Numbered from the stretch's first letter, positions 1-8,992 are shown. The stretch is 32,000 bases of DNA from Longivirga aurantiaca (GCF_042660085.1 NZ_JBHSTI010000008.1:1929876-1961875), one strand, 5' to 3'. Notes: a model not told the origin generated them from the sequence alone. Numbers and translations are program-made.

Positions 1-888
1 GCCGAGAGCGCGGACATCCTCACCGGGCCGGACCAGGCCGTGATCCTCCCCGACCTCGCCGCGGGCTGCTCGATGGCGGACATGGCCGCGATCGGGCAGG
101 TCGAGGACGCGTGGGACGTGCTCGCCGACGCCGGCATCACCGACGTGACGATCCCGATCACTTACATGAACTCCACCGCCGCGATCAAGGCGTTCACCGG
201 TCGCAACCGCGGTGCCGTGTGCACGTCGTCCAACGCGCAGCGTGCGCTCGAGTGGGCCTTCGAGCAGGGCGAGAAGGTCTTCTTCCTGCCCGATCAGCAC
301 CTCGGCCGCAACACCGCGGTGCTCGAGCTCGGGCTCTCGCTCGACGACTGCGTGCTCTACGACCCGCACAAGCCGCAGGGCGGCCTCACCGCCGACGAGC
401 TGCGCGCCGCGAAGGTGATCCTCTGGAAGGGCCACTGCTCGGTGCACGGCCGCTTCGCCCTCGAGTCCGTCGTCGACGTCCGCGAGCGCATCCCCGGCGT
501 CAACGTGCTCGTGCACCCCGAGTGCAAGCACGAGGTGGTCACCGCCGCCGACTACGTGGGCTCGACCGAGTTCATCATCAAGACCCTCGACGCCGCCCCC
601 GCGGGCAGCGCCTGGGCGATCGGCACCGAGCTCAACCTCGTGAAGCGCCTCGCCCTCGCGCACCCCGACAAGCAGGTGGTCTTCCTCGACAAGACCGTCT
701 GCTTCTGCGCGACGATGAACCGCATCGACCTGCCGCACCTGGTGTGGGCGCTCGAGAACCTCGTCGAGGGCAACGTCGTCAACCGGATCGAGGTCGATCC
801 GGACGTGGCGCACTGGGCCAAGGTCGCGCTCGACCGCATGCTCGCGCTGCCCGGCGTCGGCGCAACCCCCGCTCACGCCCAGGACTGA
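1..888 (+). CDS. nadA: Quinolinate synthase NadA, C-terminal portion (5' end outside window)
   Basis: Frame is open from base 1 (AESADILTGPDQAVILPDLAAGCSMADMA...). Carries NadA-type motifs ITYMNSTAAIKAFTGRNRGAVCTSSNA, FFLPDQHLGRNTA, LWKGHCSVHGRF, VHPECKHEVV and CFCATMNR. Confidence 0.95.
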   Translation, partial: AESADILTGPDQAVILPDLAAGCSMADMAAIGQVEDAWDVLADAGITDVTIPITYMNSTAAIKAFTGRNRGAVCTSSNAQRALEWAFEQGEKVFFLPDQHLGRNTAVLELGLSLDDCVLYDPHKPQGGLTADELRAAKVILWKGHCSVHGRFALESVVDVRERIPGVNVLVHPECKHEVVTAADYVGSTEFIIKTLDAAPAGSAWAIGTELNLVKRLALAHPDKQVVFLDKTVCFCATMNRIDLPHLVWALENLVEGNVVNRIEVDPDVAHWAKVALDRMLALPGVGATPAHAQD

Positions 889-917
889 CCCGCAGCTCTC
901 ACGTCATGATTGCCGCC

Positions 918-970
918 TTTGTTCGGCTCTATTGGATGAAGGTCGCCTTCATCCAATAGAGCCGAACAAA
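918..970. repeat. Perfect 25-bp inverted repeat with 3-nt loop between convergent nadA and pspAB; possible bidirectional terminator or mobile palindromic element
   Basis: TTTGTTCGGCTCTATTGGATGAAGG (918-942), TCG, CCTTCATCCAATAGAGCCGAACAAA (946-970). The arms are exact reverse complements. Confidence 0.85.
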
Positions 971-994
971 TCCGGCCTTCATCAAGACGCGCTG

Positions 995-1591
995 CTAGAG
1001 GCCGGGGGCGCCCCAGACGGCGAACCAGCGGCCGGTGTCGCGCTCCATGCGCAGGTCGTCCGCCAGCAGGTCGCGCAGCTGGATCTCGAGCAGGTTGTCG
1101 CGCTGCTGCACGGGCGCGCCCTCGATCGTCCGGCCGGTGCCCACCATCGGCGCGAACGGGTAGAACGTGCCCTGCTTGAAGAGGTACACGAGCCCGAGCG
1201 TGCGGGCGCCGTCGGTGAACGTGACCAGCGAGCACAGCAGCGTCGAGCCGAAGCCGGAGTCCTGCAGCGTCGTGTTGACCGCGTGCAGGTCGGTCACGAG
1301 CGACGACACGTCCGGCGGGTCGGTGCGTACGACGAGCCACGTGTAGCCGTACGAGTCGACGTCCACCTCCACCTTCGGCCCGCCGCCGGCGTCGAGCAGC
1401 TGCTGCACCTCGGCCTGGATGTCGGCGAAGGCGCGCCCCTCGGGCGCGCGGAACGCGACGGCTCCGGACCCGACGGCGTGGAACCCCAACGAGGCCTCGA
1501 GCGTGACGGCCGCCGACGGCAGCCCGAAGAGGTTGTCGAGGTCGGGCTTGGCCGGCTTGCTGCGCCCGAGGATCGAGTCGAACAGTCCCAT
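995..1591 (-). CDS. pspAB: PspA-associated protein PspAB
   Basis: MGLFDSILGRSKPAKPDLDNLFGLPSAAVTLE...GFGSTLLCSLVTF...LVYLFKQGTFYPFAP resembles the actinobacterial/archaeal PspAB family, and pspA, pspAA and htpX are nearby. Start taken at internal Met (MGLFDS), not the longer ORF start. Confidence 0.8.
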   Translation of the reverse strand: MGLFDSILGRSKPAKPDLDNLFGLPSAAVTLEASLGFHAVGSGAVAFRAPEGRAFADIQAEVQQLLDAGGGPKVEVDVDSYGYTWLVVRTDPPDVSSLVTDLHAVNTTLQDSGFGSTLLCSLVTFTDGARTLGLVYLFKQGTFYPFAPMVGTGRTIEGAPVQQRDNLLEIQLRDLLADDLRMERDTGRWFAVWGAPGL

Positions 1592-1700
1592 GCCCCCACT
1601 CTCCCCCATCCGTCGGCGCGGCACAGTTCGGCGTGCGCCGGGACGCGCACGGCTCGGGTCCGTCCCCGGCGGCGGCGCCGGCGTCGGTGATACTTCCTAC

Positions 1701-2312
1701 GTGAAGCGCATCCTTCCCGTGACCGTGGCGATGTCCGTCCTGCTGCTCACCGCCTGCGCATCGGGATCGGCCGACCTCGGCACCTCCGCGACGCCGGCCG
1801 CGTCGTCGTCGCAGGAGTCGGGGGCACCGAGCACGGCACCGGCCGCGGGCACCGTGGTCACCGGCGAGCGCACGTACTCCGGGCTGGCGCAGGACCACGT
1901 CGACGGCACGGTCGACTACCCGCAGTCCCCGCCGGTCGGCGGGGCGCACAGCCCGGTGTGGGCCGCCTGCGACGGACGGGTCTACGACGCGGCGATCCCG
2001 AACGAGAAGGCGGTGCACTCGCTCGAGCACGGCGCGGTCTGGGTCACCTGGGCGCCGACGCTCGCACCCGCGGACGCGGAGACGCTGCACGCGCTGATCG
2101 AGGGCGTGGACTACCGCCTCGGCTCGCCCTACCCGGGCCTCACGGCCACGATCACCGTCACGGCGTGGGGCCACCAGATGGACGCCGACAGCGTCGACGA
2201 CCCGCGGATCGCGACCTTCCTGGAGGCGTACACCAACGGCCCCCAGACCCCCGAGCCCGGCGCGACCTGCGCCGACCCCACCGGCGCCAGCCCGGACGTG
2301 CACTCGGGCTGA
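1701..2312 (+). CDS. Secreted/lipoprotein-like DUF3105 family protein
   Basis: N-terminus VKRILPVTVAMSVLLLTACASG is lipobox-like. Core has GGAHSPVWAACDGRVYDAAIPNEKAVHSLEHGAVWVTW, typical of DUF3105. GTG start lies 6 nt after GATACT. Confidence 0.75.
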   Translation: MKRILPVTVAMSVLLLTACASGSADLGTSATPAASSSQESGAPSTAPAAGTVVTGERTYSGLAQDHVDGTVDYPQSPPVGGAHSPVWAACDGRVYDAAIPNEKAVHSLEHGAVWVTWAPTLAPADAETLHALIEGVDYRLGSPYPGLTATITVTAWGHQMDADSVDDPRIATFLEAYTNGPQTPEPGATCADPTGASPDVHSG

Positions 2313-2316
2313 GAGG

Positions 2317-3225
2317 TCAGCGCTGGCCGAGCTGGGCGGCGACCTTGGCGAGCTCCTCGAGGCGCTTCTCCAGGGGCGGGTGCGTCATGAAGAGCGACGA
2401 CAGCGACGCCTTGCTGGTGACGGCCGGGGCGAAGGCGAACGCCGACACCGCCTCCATCGACCGCAGGTCGCGGTCGGGGATCGAGGCGATGTCGCCGGAG
2501 ATCTTGGTCAACGCCGACGCCAGCGCGCTCGGACGCCCGGTGAGCAGCGCGCCCGTGCGGTCGGCCGACAGCTCGCGGTAGCGCGAGAGCGCACGCGTGA
2601 GCAGGAACGACACGACGTACACGACGATCGACACCACGAACACGGCCAGCGCCATGAGCGCGGCGTTCTGGTCGCGGTTGTTGCGGCCCATGCCGCTCCA
2701 CATGACCATGCGCGTGAGCAGGCCGGCGACGATGCCCGCGAACGACGCGACCGTCATCACCGTGACGTCGCGGTGGGCGATGTGCGAGAGCTCGTGCGAC
2801 AGCACGCCCTCGAGCTCGTCGGCCTCGAGGCGGCGCACGATGCCCGTGGTGACGCAGACGACCGAGCGGCTCGGTGTGCGGCCGGTGGCGAACGCGTTCG
2901 GCACGTCGGTGTCGGCGATCGCGATGCGCGGCTTGGGCATGTCGGCCATCGCGCAGAGGCGGTCGACCATCGCGTGCAGCTGCGGAGCCTGCTCCGGCGT
3001 GACGACTTTGGCGCGCATGGCTGCCAGCGCCATGGTGTCCGAGAAGTACCACTGCCCGAACAGCATGACCCCGGAGACCACCAGCACGAAGAGAGCGCTG
3101 AAGCCGAGCGCGATGAGGGCGGCGGCGAGCACGACGTAGAGCAGGCCCAGCCCGAACACCGTCCCGACCATCCGTCGGGTCAGTCCCTTGTCGCTGGCGT
3201 ACCGCGTGGCGGCCACAGCCGTCAT
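2317..3225 (-). CDS. htpX: HtpX-like zinc metalloprotease (M48)
   Basis: Zinc motif HELSH (GVLSHELSHIAHRDV) with multiple transmembrane segments; spacing to pspAA/pspA typical of the Psp cluster. Confidence 0.9.
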   Translation of the reverse strand: MTAVAATRYASDKGLTRRMVGTVFGLGLLYVVLAAALIALGFSALFVLVVSGVMLFGQWYFSDTMALAAMRAKVVTPEQAPQLHAMVDRLCAMADMPKPRIAIADTDVPNAFATGRTPSRSVVCVTTGIVRRLEADELEGVLSHELSHIAHRDVTVMTVASFAGIVAGLLTRMVMWSGMGRNNRDQNAALMALAVFVVSIVVYVVSFLLTRALSRYRELSADRTGALLTGRPSALASALTKISGDIASIPDRDLRSMEAVSAFAFAPAVTSKASLSSLFMTHPPLEKRLEELAKVAAQLGQR

Positions 3226-3327
3226 CCTCCTTCGTCGTCGTACCGGGTAGGTCCCTGCAGGTGGAACGCGAACGGGCCGGGGATACGTTCCCCGGCCCGC
3301 GCGACGTACATCGAACTCACGGCCGGA

Positions 3328-3603
3328 TCAGTCCGGCACGAGGCCTTCCTCGGTGAGCATGCTGCGGATGTCGTCCTCGCTCGCGTCGGCGAACGGCAGG
3401 ATCACGTCGGACTCGCGGGCCTCGTGGTCCGGCGGCCGTACGCCGTTCGTGCGGACGAAGTCGAGCAGCGCGTCGAGCGCCGGCGTGACGTCGGGCTCGG
3501 GCGACCTGAGCGCCGACTCGAGCTCGGCGTCGAGGCGGTTGAGCTCGGCAAGAGCGGACTCGGGCATCTCGTACTGGCCCTCGCCCAGGATGCGGATGAG
3601 CAC
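3328..3603 (-). CDS. pspAA: PspA-associated protein PspAA
   Basis: 91 aa: MLIRILGEGQYEMPESALAELNRLDAELESAL...; immediately downstream of pspA. Confidence 0.8.
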   Translation of the reverse strand: MLIRILGEGQYEMPESALAELNRLDAELESALRSPEPDVTPALDALLDFVRTNGVRPPDHEARESDVILPFADASEDDIRSMLTEEGLVPD

Positions 3604-3637
3604 GTGCCTACCCCTCTCGGGACGTGACGACGATGGA

Positions 3638-4384
3638 TCAGGCCTGCGGCTTGTCGGCCGACTCGATGGCGGGAGCAGGGGCGGCGCCGCTGATCTCGCC
3701 CTTCATCGCGGCGAGCTGAGCCTCGACGTCGTTGCCGCTCGCCATGCGCTCGAGCTCGAGCGTGATGGAGTCCTTGCTGGTACCGGTCGGGTCGTCGAGC
3801 GCGCCGGAGGCAAGGAGCTCGTCGATGGCCTGGCCGCGCGCCTGCATCTGCGCGGTCTTGTCCTCGGCGCGCTGGATCGCGAGGCCGACGTCGCCGAGCT
3901 CCTCGCTGATGCCCGAGAAGGCCTCGTTGATCTTGGTCTGCGCCTCGGCGGCGGAGTACGTCGCCTTGATCGTCTCCTTCTTCGTGCGGAAGGACTCGAC
4001 CTTGGCCTGCAGGCGCTGGCTGGCCTGGATCAGCTTCTCCTCCTGGTCCTGCAGCCCGACGAGCTGGGTCTGCAGGTCCGCGATCTGGGTGGTCAGCCCG
4101 GAGCGGCGCATGAGGGCCTCGCGGGCGAGGTCCTCCCGGCCGCCGGCGAGGGCGGCCTTGGCCTGGCCCTCGAGCTTGGTGCTCTGCTGCTCGAGCTGGG
4201 TGATCTGCAGCTCGAGGCGCTTGCGGCTGGTCGCCACGTCGGCCACGCCACGGCGCACCTTCTGGAGCAGCTCGAGCTGCTTCTCGTAGGAGTAGTCCAG
4301 CGTCTCGCGCGGGTCCTCGGCCTTGTCCAGGGCCTTGTTCGCCTTGGACTTGAAGATCAGGGTGAAGCGCTGCCAGAGGCCCAT
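3638..4384 (-). CDS. pspA: PspA/IM30 family protein
   Basis: MGLWQRFTLIFKSKANKALDKAEDPRETLDYSYEKQLELLQKVRRGVADVATSRKRLELQ; continuous coiled coil typical of PspA/IM30. Confidence 0.93.
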   Translation of the reverse strand: MGLWQRFTLIFKSKANKALDKAEDPRETLDYSYEKQLELLQKVRRGVADVATSRKRLELQITQLEQQSTKLEGQAKAALAGGREDLAREALMRRSGLTTQIADLQTQLVGLQDQEEKLIQASQRLQAKVESFRTKKETIKATYSAAEAQTKINEAFSGISEELGDVGLAIQRAEDKTAQMQARGQAIDELLASGALDDPTGTSKDSITLELERMASGNDVEAQLAAMKGEISGAAPAPAIESADKPQA

Positions 4385-4531
4385 CGTGGGCGTCCCTTCC
4401 TCGAAACGACGACGTACGCGTCCTGCCGGTGGCGACGTGCGACGCCCCGGGGGGTTCCCAACCTATCGGCCCGTGCGCGGCCTGTCCCCCGGTCGCGCCC
4501 CGGGCGCCCGCCCGGATGCGCTGAGTAGCGG

Positions 4532-4568
4532 CCCGGGGGATCTGAGTAGTCGCTACCCATCCCCCGGG
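4532..4568. repeat. Inverted repeat/stem-loop containing a CTGAGTAG motif
   Basis: CCCGGGGGAT (4532-4541) pairs with ATCCCCCGGG (4559-4568); inner GTAG-TCG-CTAC. A second CTGAGTAG copy lies at 4521-4528. Confidence 0.6.
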
Positions 4569-4638
4569 GCGCCGATCTCCCGAGACTCGTCCACGAGCGG
4601 CCCCACCGGGGGCCACGCCAGGACCAAGGAGAACCCCG

Positions 4639-5475
4639 ATGACCAGCACCCTGCGCCGCGTGAGCGCCGCCCTGGTGACCAGCGCCGCCCTCGTGGCGGG
4701 CACCCTCGGCCTCGCCGCCCCCGCCGAGGCCGCCAGCCTCTGCGCCACCGACTGCATCTCGTACGCGCCGGTCTCGGCCGACACCAGGACCGTCCGGGCC
4801 AGCGTCGTCACCACCGGCTACGTGAACGTGACCGCCGAGGTGTGGGCGGCGGACAAGTCGGCCCGCGTCTCGTACATGGTCGACGGCCAGACCGAGACCT
4901 GGACGAGCTCCTGGACCTTCACCAGCACGGGCGGCCTGAAGCAGAACACGACCTACGCCGTGAAGCTCGTCGCCAAGGACATGCTCGGCAAGACCTGGAC
5001 CGAGTGGCGCTCGGTGCGCGTCAAGCAGCGCACCGCCACCTGGCACATCACGAAGATCAACCTCGCCGACGACAGCGACTACGCCGGGGCGGGCGAGTTC
5101 AAGGCCGGCTGGAAGGCAGGCACGACGGTCAAGTCGCCGCTCTGGAGCGGCTGGCAGTCCAAGTCCTCGGGCGGCTCCTGGACGCTCTCGTCCAGCAACG
5201 CGGCAGCCACGATCGTGCGCGTCGGCGAGACCTCGAGCCCGAAGGTCTTCCTCGAGCTCCTCGACGACGACACCGACATCGGCGACTTCGGCTGCGGCAC
5301 CGGCTTCGCGCCGAGCTGGGACTGGGGCACGAACAGCTGCGCCGACTGGGCCACCGCCGGGGCCTACGTGAACCTCCCCGAGACCTCCGCGACCACGAGC
5401 TTCACCCTGTACGTCGCCAAGACGGCGCCGGTGAAGTTCACCGTCCAGGGGTACGTCGTCACCACGGTGTCCTGA
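4639..5475 (+). CDS. Secreted hypothetical protein
   Basis: Signal peptide MTSTLRRVSAALVTSAALVAGTLGLAAPAEAA and good SD (aaggaga) before ATG. No domain recognised with confidence; beta-rich, Trp-rich. Confidence 0.75.
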   Translation: MTSTLRRVSAALVTSAALVAGTLGLAAPAEAASLCATDCISYAPVSADTRTVRASVVTTGYVNVTAEVWAADKSARVSYMVDGQTETWTSSWTFTSTGGLKQNTTYAVKLVAKDMLGKTWTEWRSVRVKQRTATWHITKINLADDSDYAGAGEFKAGWKAGTTVKSPLWSGWQSKSSGGSWTLSSSNAAATIVRVGETSSPKVFLELLDDDTDIGDFGCGTGFAPSWDWGTNSCADWATAGAYVNLPETSATTSFTLYVAKTAPVKFTVQGYVVTTVS

Positions 5476-5489
5476 CGCCCGCGCACCCC

Positions 5490-5523
5490 GGCAGGCCCTC
5501 GCTCCCCGGAGCGGGGGCCTGCC
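5490..5523 (+). terminator. Strong hairpin, intrinsic-terminator-like without U tract
   Basis: GGCAGGCCC-T-CGCTCC-CC-GGAGCG-G-GGGCCTGCC, just 3' of the 4639-5475 CDS. Confidence 0.65.
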
Positions 5524-5562
5524 CGTTCGTGCCGCCCGGGGCGGGCCGCTTAGAGTGACCGC

Positions 5563-6171
5563 GTGTTCCGCCGCAAGAGCTCCGACACCGAGGTGCCGGC
5601 GCCCGCCTCCGAGACCTCGTCCGCCGCCCAGGGCAAGGGCGCGCCCACGCCTACCCGCAAGGAGGCCGAGGCCGCCCGCAAGGCGCGGCTCAACGGCACC
5701 ACGGGCAACGCCAAGGCCGACAAGAAGGCGGCCCGCGAGGCCGACCGTCAGGCCCGCTACGAGGCCCGCCTGGCCCTGCAGGCCGGCGACGAGCGCAGGC
5801 TCCCCGCCCGCGACGCCGGACCGGTGAAGTCCTATGTCCGCGACTTCGTCGACGGCCGCATCAGCGCCGGCGAGCTCTTCATCCCGGTGGCCCTCGTGGT
5901 CCTGGTGGCCGGCTTCATCCGCATCCAATGGGTGCAGGTCGTGCTGCTGTGGGCGTGGTCGGCGATGCTCCTCGGCGTCATCCTCGACTCGTTCTACCTC
6001 TGGTTCCGCCTGCGCAAGAACCTCCCGGAGCGCTTCCCCGACGAGTCGCGCCGCGGCGCACTGTCGTACGGCATCCTGCGCAGCCTGCAGATCCGCAAGC
6101 TCCGCCTGCCCCCGCCCAAGGTGCGCTACAACGGCCAGCCCGTGGTGCCCAAGGTCAAGAAGCAGAAGTAG
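5563..6171 (+). CDS. DUF3043 domain-containing membrane protein
   Basis: MFRRKSSDTEVPAPASET...GKGAPTPTRKEAEAARKARL followed by two transmembrane segments matches the DUF3043 pattern. GTG start at 5563. Confidence 0.8.
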   Translation: MFRRKSSDTEVPAPASETSSAAQGKGAPTPTRKEAEAARKARLNGTTGNAKADKKAAREADRQARYEARLALQAGDERRLPARDAGPVKSYVRDFVDGRISAGELFIPVALVVLVAGFIRIQWVQVVLLWAWSAMLLGVILDSFYLWFRLRKNLPERFPDESRRGALSYGILRSLQIRKLRLPPPKVRYNGQPVVPKVKKQK

Positions 6172-6212
6172 GCGAGATCGCGGCGGTCCGCTGCCGCGCA
6201 TAGGGTCGGGGG

Positions 6213-7211
6213 ATGCAGCACCGACGTCTTGGCCGCAGCGGCCTCAAGGTCAGCGAGATCTCCTACGGCAACTGGATCACCCACGGGTCCCAGGTCGAGG
6301 AGGACGCCGCCCTCGCCTGCGTGAACGCCGCGCTCGAGGTCGGCATCACCACCTTCGACACCGCCGACGTGTACGCCGGCACCAAGGCCGAGTCGGTGCT
6401 CGGCAAGGCCCTGGCCGGCCAGCGCCGCGAGGGCCTCGAGATCTTCACGAAGGTCTACTGGCCGACCGGCCCCGGCGTGAACGACCGCGGGCTGTCGCGC
6501 AAGCACATCCTCGAGAGCATCAACGGCTCGCTGCGCCGCCTCGGCACCGACTACGTCGACCTCTACCAGGCGCACAGGTACGACCACGAGACGCCGCTCG
6601 AGGAGACCATGCGCGCGTTCGAGGACGTCGTCCGGTCCGGCAAGGCGCTGTACGTCGGCGTCTCGGAGTGGGACGCCGAGCAGATCCGTCGCGCGGTCGA
6701 GATCGCCGACCAGATGGGCTTCGACAGGCTCGTGTCGAACCAGCCGCAGTACTCCATGCTGTGGCGCGTCATCGAGGCCGAGGTCGTGCCGACGAGCCAG
6801 GAGCTCGGGCTCGGGCAGGTCGTCTGGAGCCCCATCGCGCAGGGCGTGCTCACGGGCAAGTACCTCCCCGGTCAGCCCGCCCCCGAGGGCTCGCGCGCCA
6901 CCGACCCGACGAGCGGACACTTCACCGAGCGCCTGCGCACCGACGAGATCCTCACCCGGGTGCAGAAGCTGAAGCCGCTCGCCGAGCAGGCCGGCCTGTC
7001 GATGGCCCAGCTCGCGGTCGCGTGGGTCCTGCAGAACGACAACGTGTCCTCGGCCATCATCGGCGCGAGCCGCCCCGAGCAGGTCGTCGAGAACGTCAGG
7101 GCCGCGGGCGTCGTGCTCGAGCCCGAGCTGCTCGACGCGATCGACATCGTGCTCGGCGACGTCGTCCAGACCGACCCGCGCCTCACCGTCTCCCCCAACC
7201 CCCGGGCGTGA
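6213..7211 (+). CDS. Aldo/keto reductase (Kv-beta/YghZ-like subfamily)
   Basis: MQHRRLGRSGLKVSEISYGNWITHG...FDTADVYAGTKAESVLGKAL...VDLYQAHRYD...SNQPQYSMLWR. Confidence 0.9.
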   Translation: MQHRRLGRSGLKVSEISYGNWITHGSQVEEDAALACVNAALEVGITTFDTADVYAGTKAESVLGKALAGQRREGLEIFTKVYWPTGPGVNDRGLSRKHILESINGSLRRLGTDYVDLYQAHRYDHETPLEETMRAFEDVVRSGKALYVGVSEWDAEQIRRAVEIADQMGFDRLVSNQPQYSMLWRVIEAEVVPTSQELGLGQVVWSPIAQGVLTGKYLPGQPAPEGSRATDPTSGHFTERLRTDEILTRVQKLKPLAEQAGLSMAQLAVAWVLQNDNVSSAIIGASRPEQVVENVRAAGVVLEPELLDAIDIVLGDVVQTDPRLTVSPNPRA

Positions 7212-7216
7212 CGGAC

Positions 7217-7438
7217 ATGGGCGACACCGACTGGACCTGGCGCTACGAGAGCGCCGCGGGCGACCTCGTCTCCCTCACCCCGGCCGACACCGTCGACGGC
7301 TTCCCCAGCCAGGCCGACGCCGAGACCTGGATCGGCGAGGAATGGGCGCGCCTGCTCGAGGCGGGCGTGGACGCCGTCACCCTGCTCGAGGGCGACCGCG
7401 TCGTCTACGGCCCGATGAGCCTGCACCCCGCCACCTGA
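7217..7438 (+). CDS. Small hypothetical protein (73 aa)
   Basis: ATG at 7217, 5 nt after the AKR stop: MGDTDWTWRYESAAGDLVSLTPADTVDGFPSQADAETWIGEEW. Acidic and codon-plausible. Confidence 0.6.
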   Translation: MGDTDWTWRYESAAGDLVSLTPADTVDGFPSQADAETWIGEEWARLLEAGVDAVTLLEGDRVVYGPMSLHPAT

Positions 7439-7491
7439 CCCCGTCACACGTGATGGGAAGGATTCCGGCGATCGTGGATGCCGGGGTCAGG
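7434..7491. terminator. Possible bidirectional terminator formed by an IR spanning both 3' ends
   Basis: CCTGACCCCG (7434-7443) and CGGGGTCAGG (7482-7491), including the stop codons of both convergent genes. Confidence 0.35.
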
Positions 7492-8872
7492 CTGCGGCGG
7501 CGACCAGGGTGCCGCTGTACATGCCCATGACGCAGGCGAAGTCGTAGCGCTCGCCCGCCGCGAGCGGCGGCAGCGTCACGACGTTCGGCCCCGTCCTCAG
7601 GTTCGTCCGCCACTCCCAGCTCACACCGCGCATGTACGCCGCGCAGCTGAGGTCGGACACCGAGGTGATCTCCCACCGGATCGGCACGCCCGGCGCGACG
7701 ACCGTGGTCGCCGGGACGTAGCCGCGCGTGGTCTGCTCCATCGTCACGGTCTGCGTGCCGGCCCCGACGACGACGTTCGGGGTGATCGCCGTCGGCACGT
7801 CCGACCGACCCTGGGTCCAGCCGAGCAGGCCCGCGGCCCCCTGGGCGTTGACCAGCGCGAAGGCGACGAGGAGCGCCCCCGTGATCGCGAGGACCTGCTG
7901 ACGGACCTTCGCCGAGCCGAGGCGCGGGAGCCCGGCGACGGCGAGGAGCCCCGGTGCGGTGCCGATCGCGAACACCGCCATCGTCACGCCCGCGGTGAGC
8001 GCGGATCCCGTGGTCATCGCGTAGAGCTGGATGGCCTGGGTGAAGCCGCACGGGAGGAAGAACGTGAGGGCCCCGAGCACCGCGGTGCGCGTGTCGGAGT
8101 AGGGCAGACCCGACCGCTCCTCGATGCCCAGCCGACGGCCGAGGGACGGCGGAAGCGACGGCGACCAGGCGGCGAGCCGCGGCGAGATCCGCAGCAGCCG
8201 GAGCCCGAGCACGGCCATCACGAGCGCCACCGCGAGGGTGAGCACCGCCTGCGCCTTCTCGGGCAGGCCGAGCTGCGCGCCGATCGCGCCGAGGGCGGCG
8301 CCGAGCACCGCGAAGCCGACGATCCGGCCGCCCTGGAAGACCAGGTGCGGGCGGAGGCTGCCGCGCGTCGGCCGGCCGTCCTCGTAGGTGACCGACGCCG
8401 CGTGCGACGCCGACACCGCGAGCACGAGGCCCCCGACGAGCGCCATGCAGGTCGAGACGCCGGCGGCGAGGCCCACCAGCAGCACGACCAGGAGGCTCCC
8501 GGACGACGTGGACGTGGACTCCGCCACGAGGTCGGGCACGCCGAAGAAGGCCAGGAGGACCGCCCCGACGGCGACGAGGGCGACGGCGACGACCGCCTCG
8601 CGCCAGACGGTGACGTCGTCGCTGATCCACGGCTCGCGGCCGACGCGGTAGCCGGCCTTCTCCACCGCGGCCGACACGCGCGCATCGAGGTCCGGCGCTG
8701 CGGCGCCGTCCGCCACGGTCAGCACGGCGGTCCCGCGACGCACCGACACCTCGGCGTCCAGCACCCCCGGGACGCGGCGCAGGGCCTTGGTCACCCGGGT
8801 CTCGCAGGCGCGGCAGGTCATGCCGGCGACCGGCACGCGCACCTCGTGCGCGCTCGTCGTCGAGCCGGCCAT
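7487..8872 (-). CDS. HMA domain - TauE/SafE (DsbD-like) membrane protein - C-terminal cupredoxin-like domain
   Basis: N-terminal GMTCRACETRV (heavy-metal-associated domain); transmembrane region with FFLPCGFTQAIQLYAMTTGS; C-terminal VTMEQTTRGYVPATTVVAPGVPIRWEI...SCAAYM...CVMGMYSGTL. Confidence 0.85.
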   Translation of the reverse strand: MAGSTTSAHEVRVPVAGMTCRACETRVTKALRRVPGVLDAEVSVRRGTAVLTVADGAAAPDLDARVSAAVEKAGYRVGREPWISDDVTVWREAVVAVALVAVGAVLLAFFGVPDLVAESTSTSSGSLLVVLLVGLAAGVSTCMALVGGLVLAVSASHAASVTYEDGRPTRGSLRPHLVFQGGRIVGFAVLGAALGAIGAQLGLPEKAQAVLTLAVALVMAVLGLRLLRISPRLAAWSPSLPPSLGRRLGIEERSGLPYSDTRTAVLGALTFFLPCGFTQAIQLYAMTTGSALTAGVTMAVFAIGTAPGLLAVAGLPRLGSAKVRQQVLAITGALLVAFALVNAQGAAGLLGWTQGRSDVPTAITPNVVVGAGTQTVTMEQTTRGYVPATTVVAPGVPIRWEITSVSDLSCAAYMRGVSWEWRTNLRTGPNVVTLPPLAAGERYDFACVMGMYSGTLVAAAA

Positions 8873-8992
8873 GCCACCTCCTGCGCCTCGGACCCGGGCC
8901 CATCATGAGCCCCGGAACCGCGCGGCGCGAGGCAACCGCGCCCCGCCGGGCGTGGACCTTTGACGGCGGGCACCGCCGCGTGGTCGAGTACA

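Noticed and set aside
873-2303. 476-aa minus-strand ORF spanning nadA end to DUF3105
   Set aside because: Crosses the perfect hairpin and several better-supported genes; no coherent protein motif.
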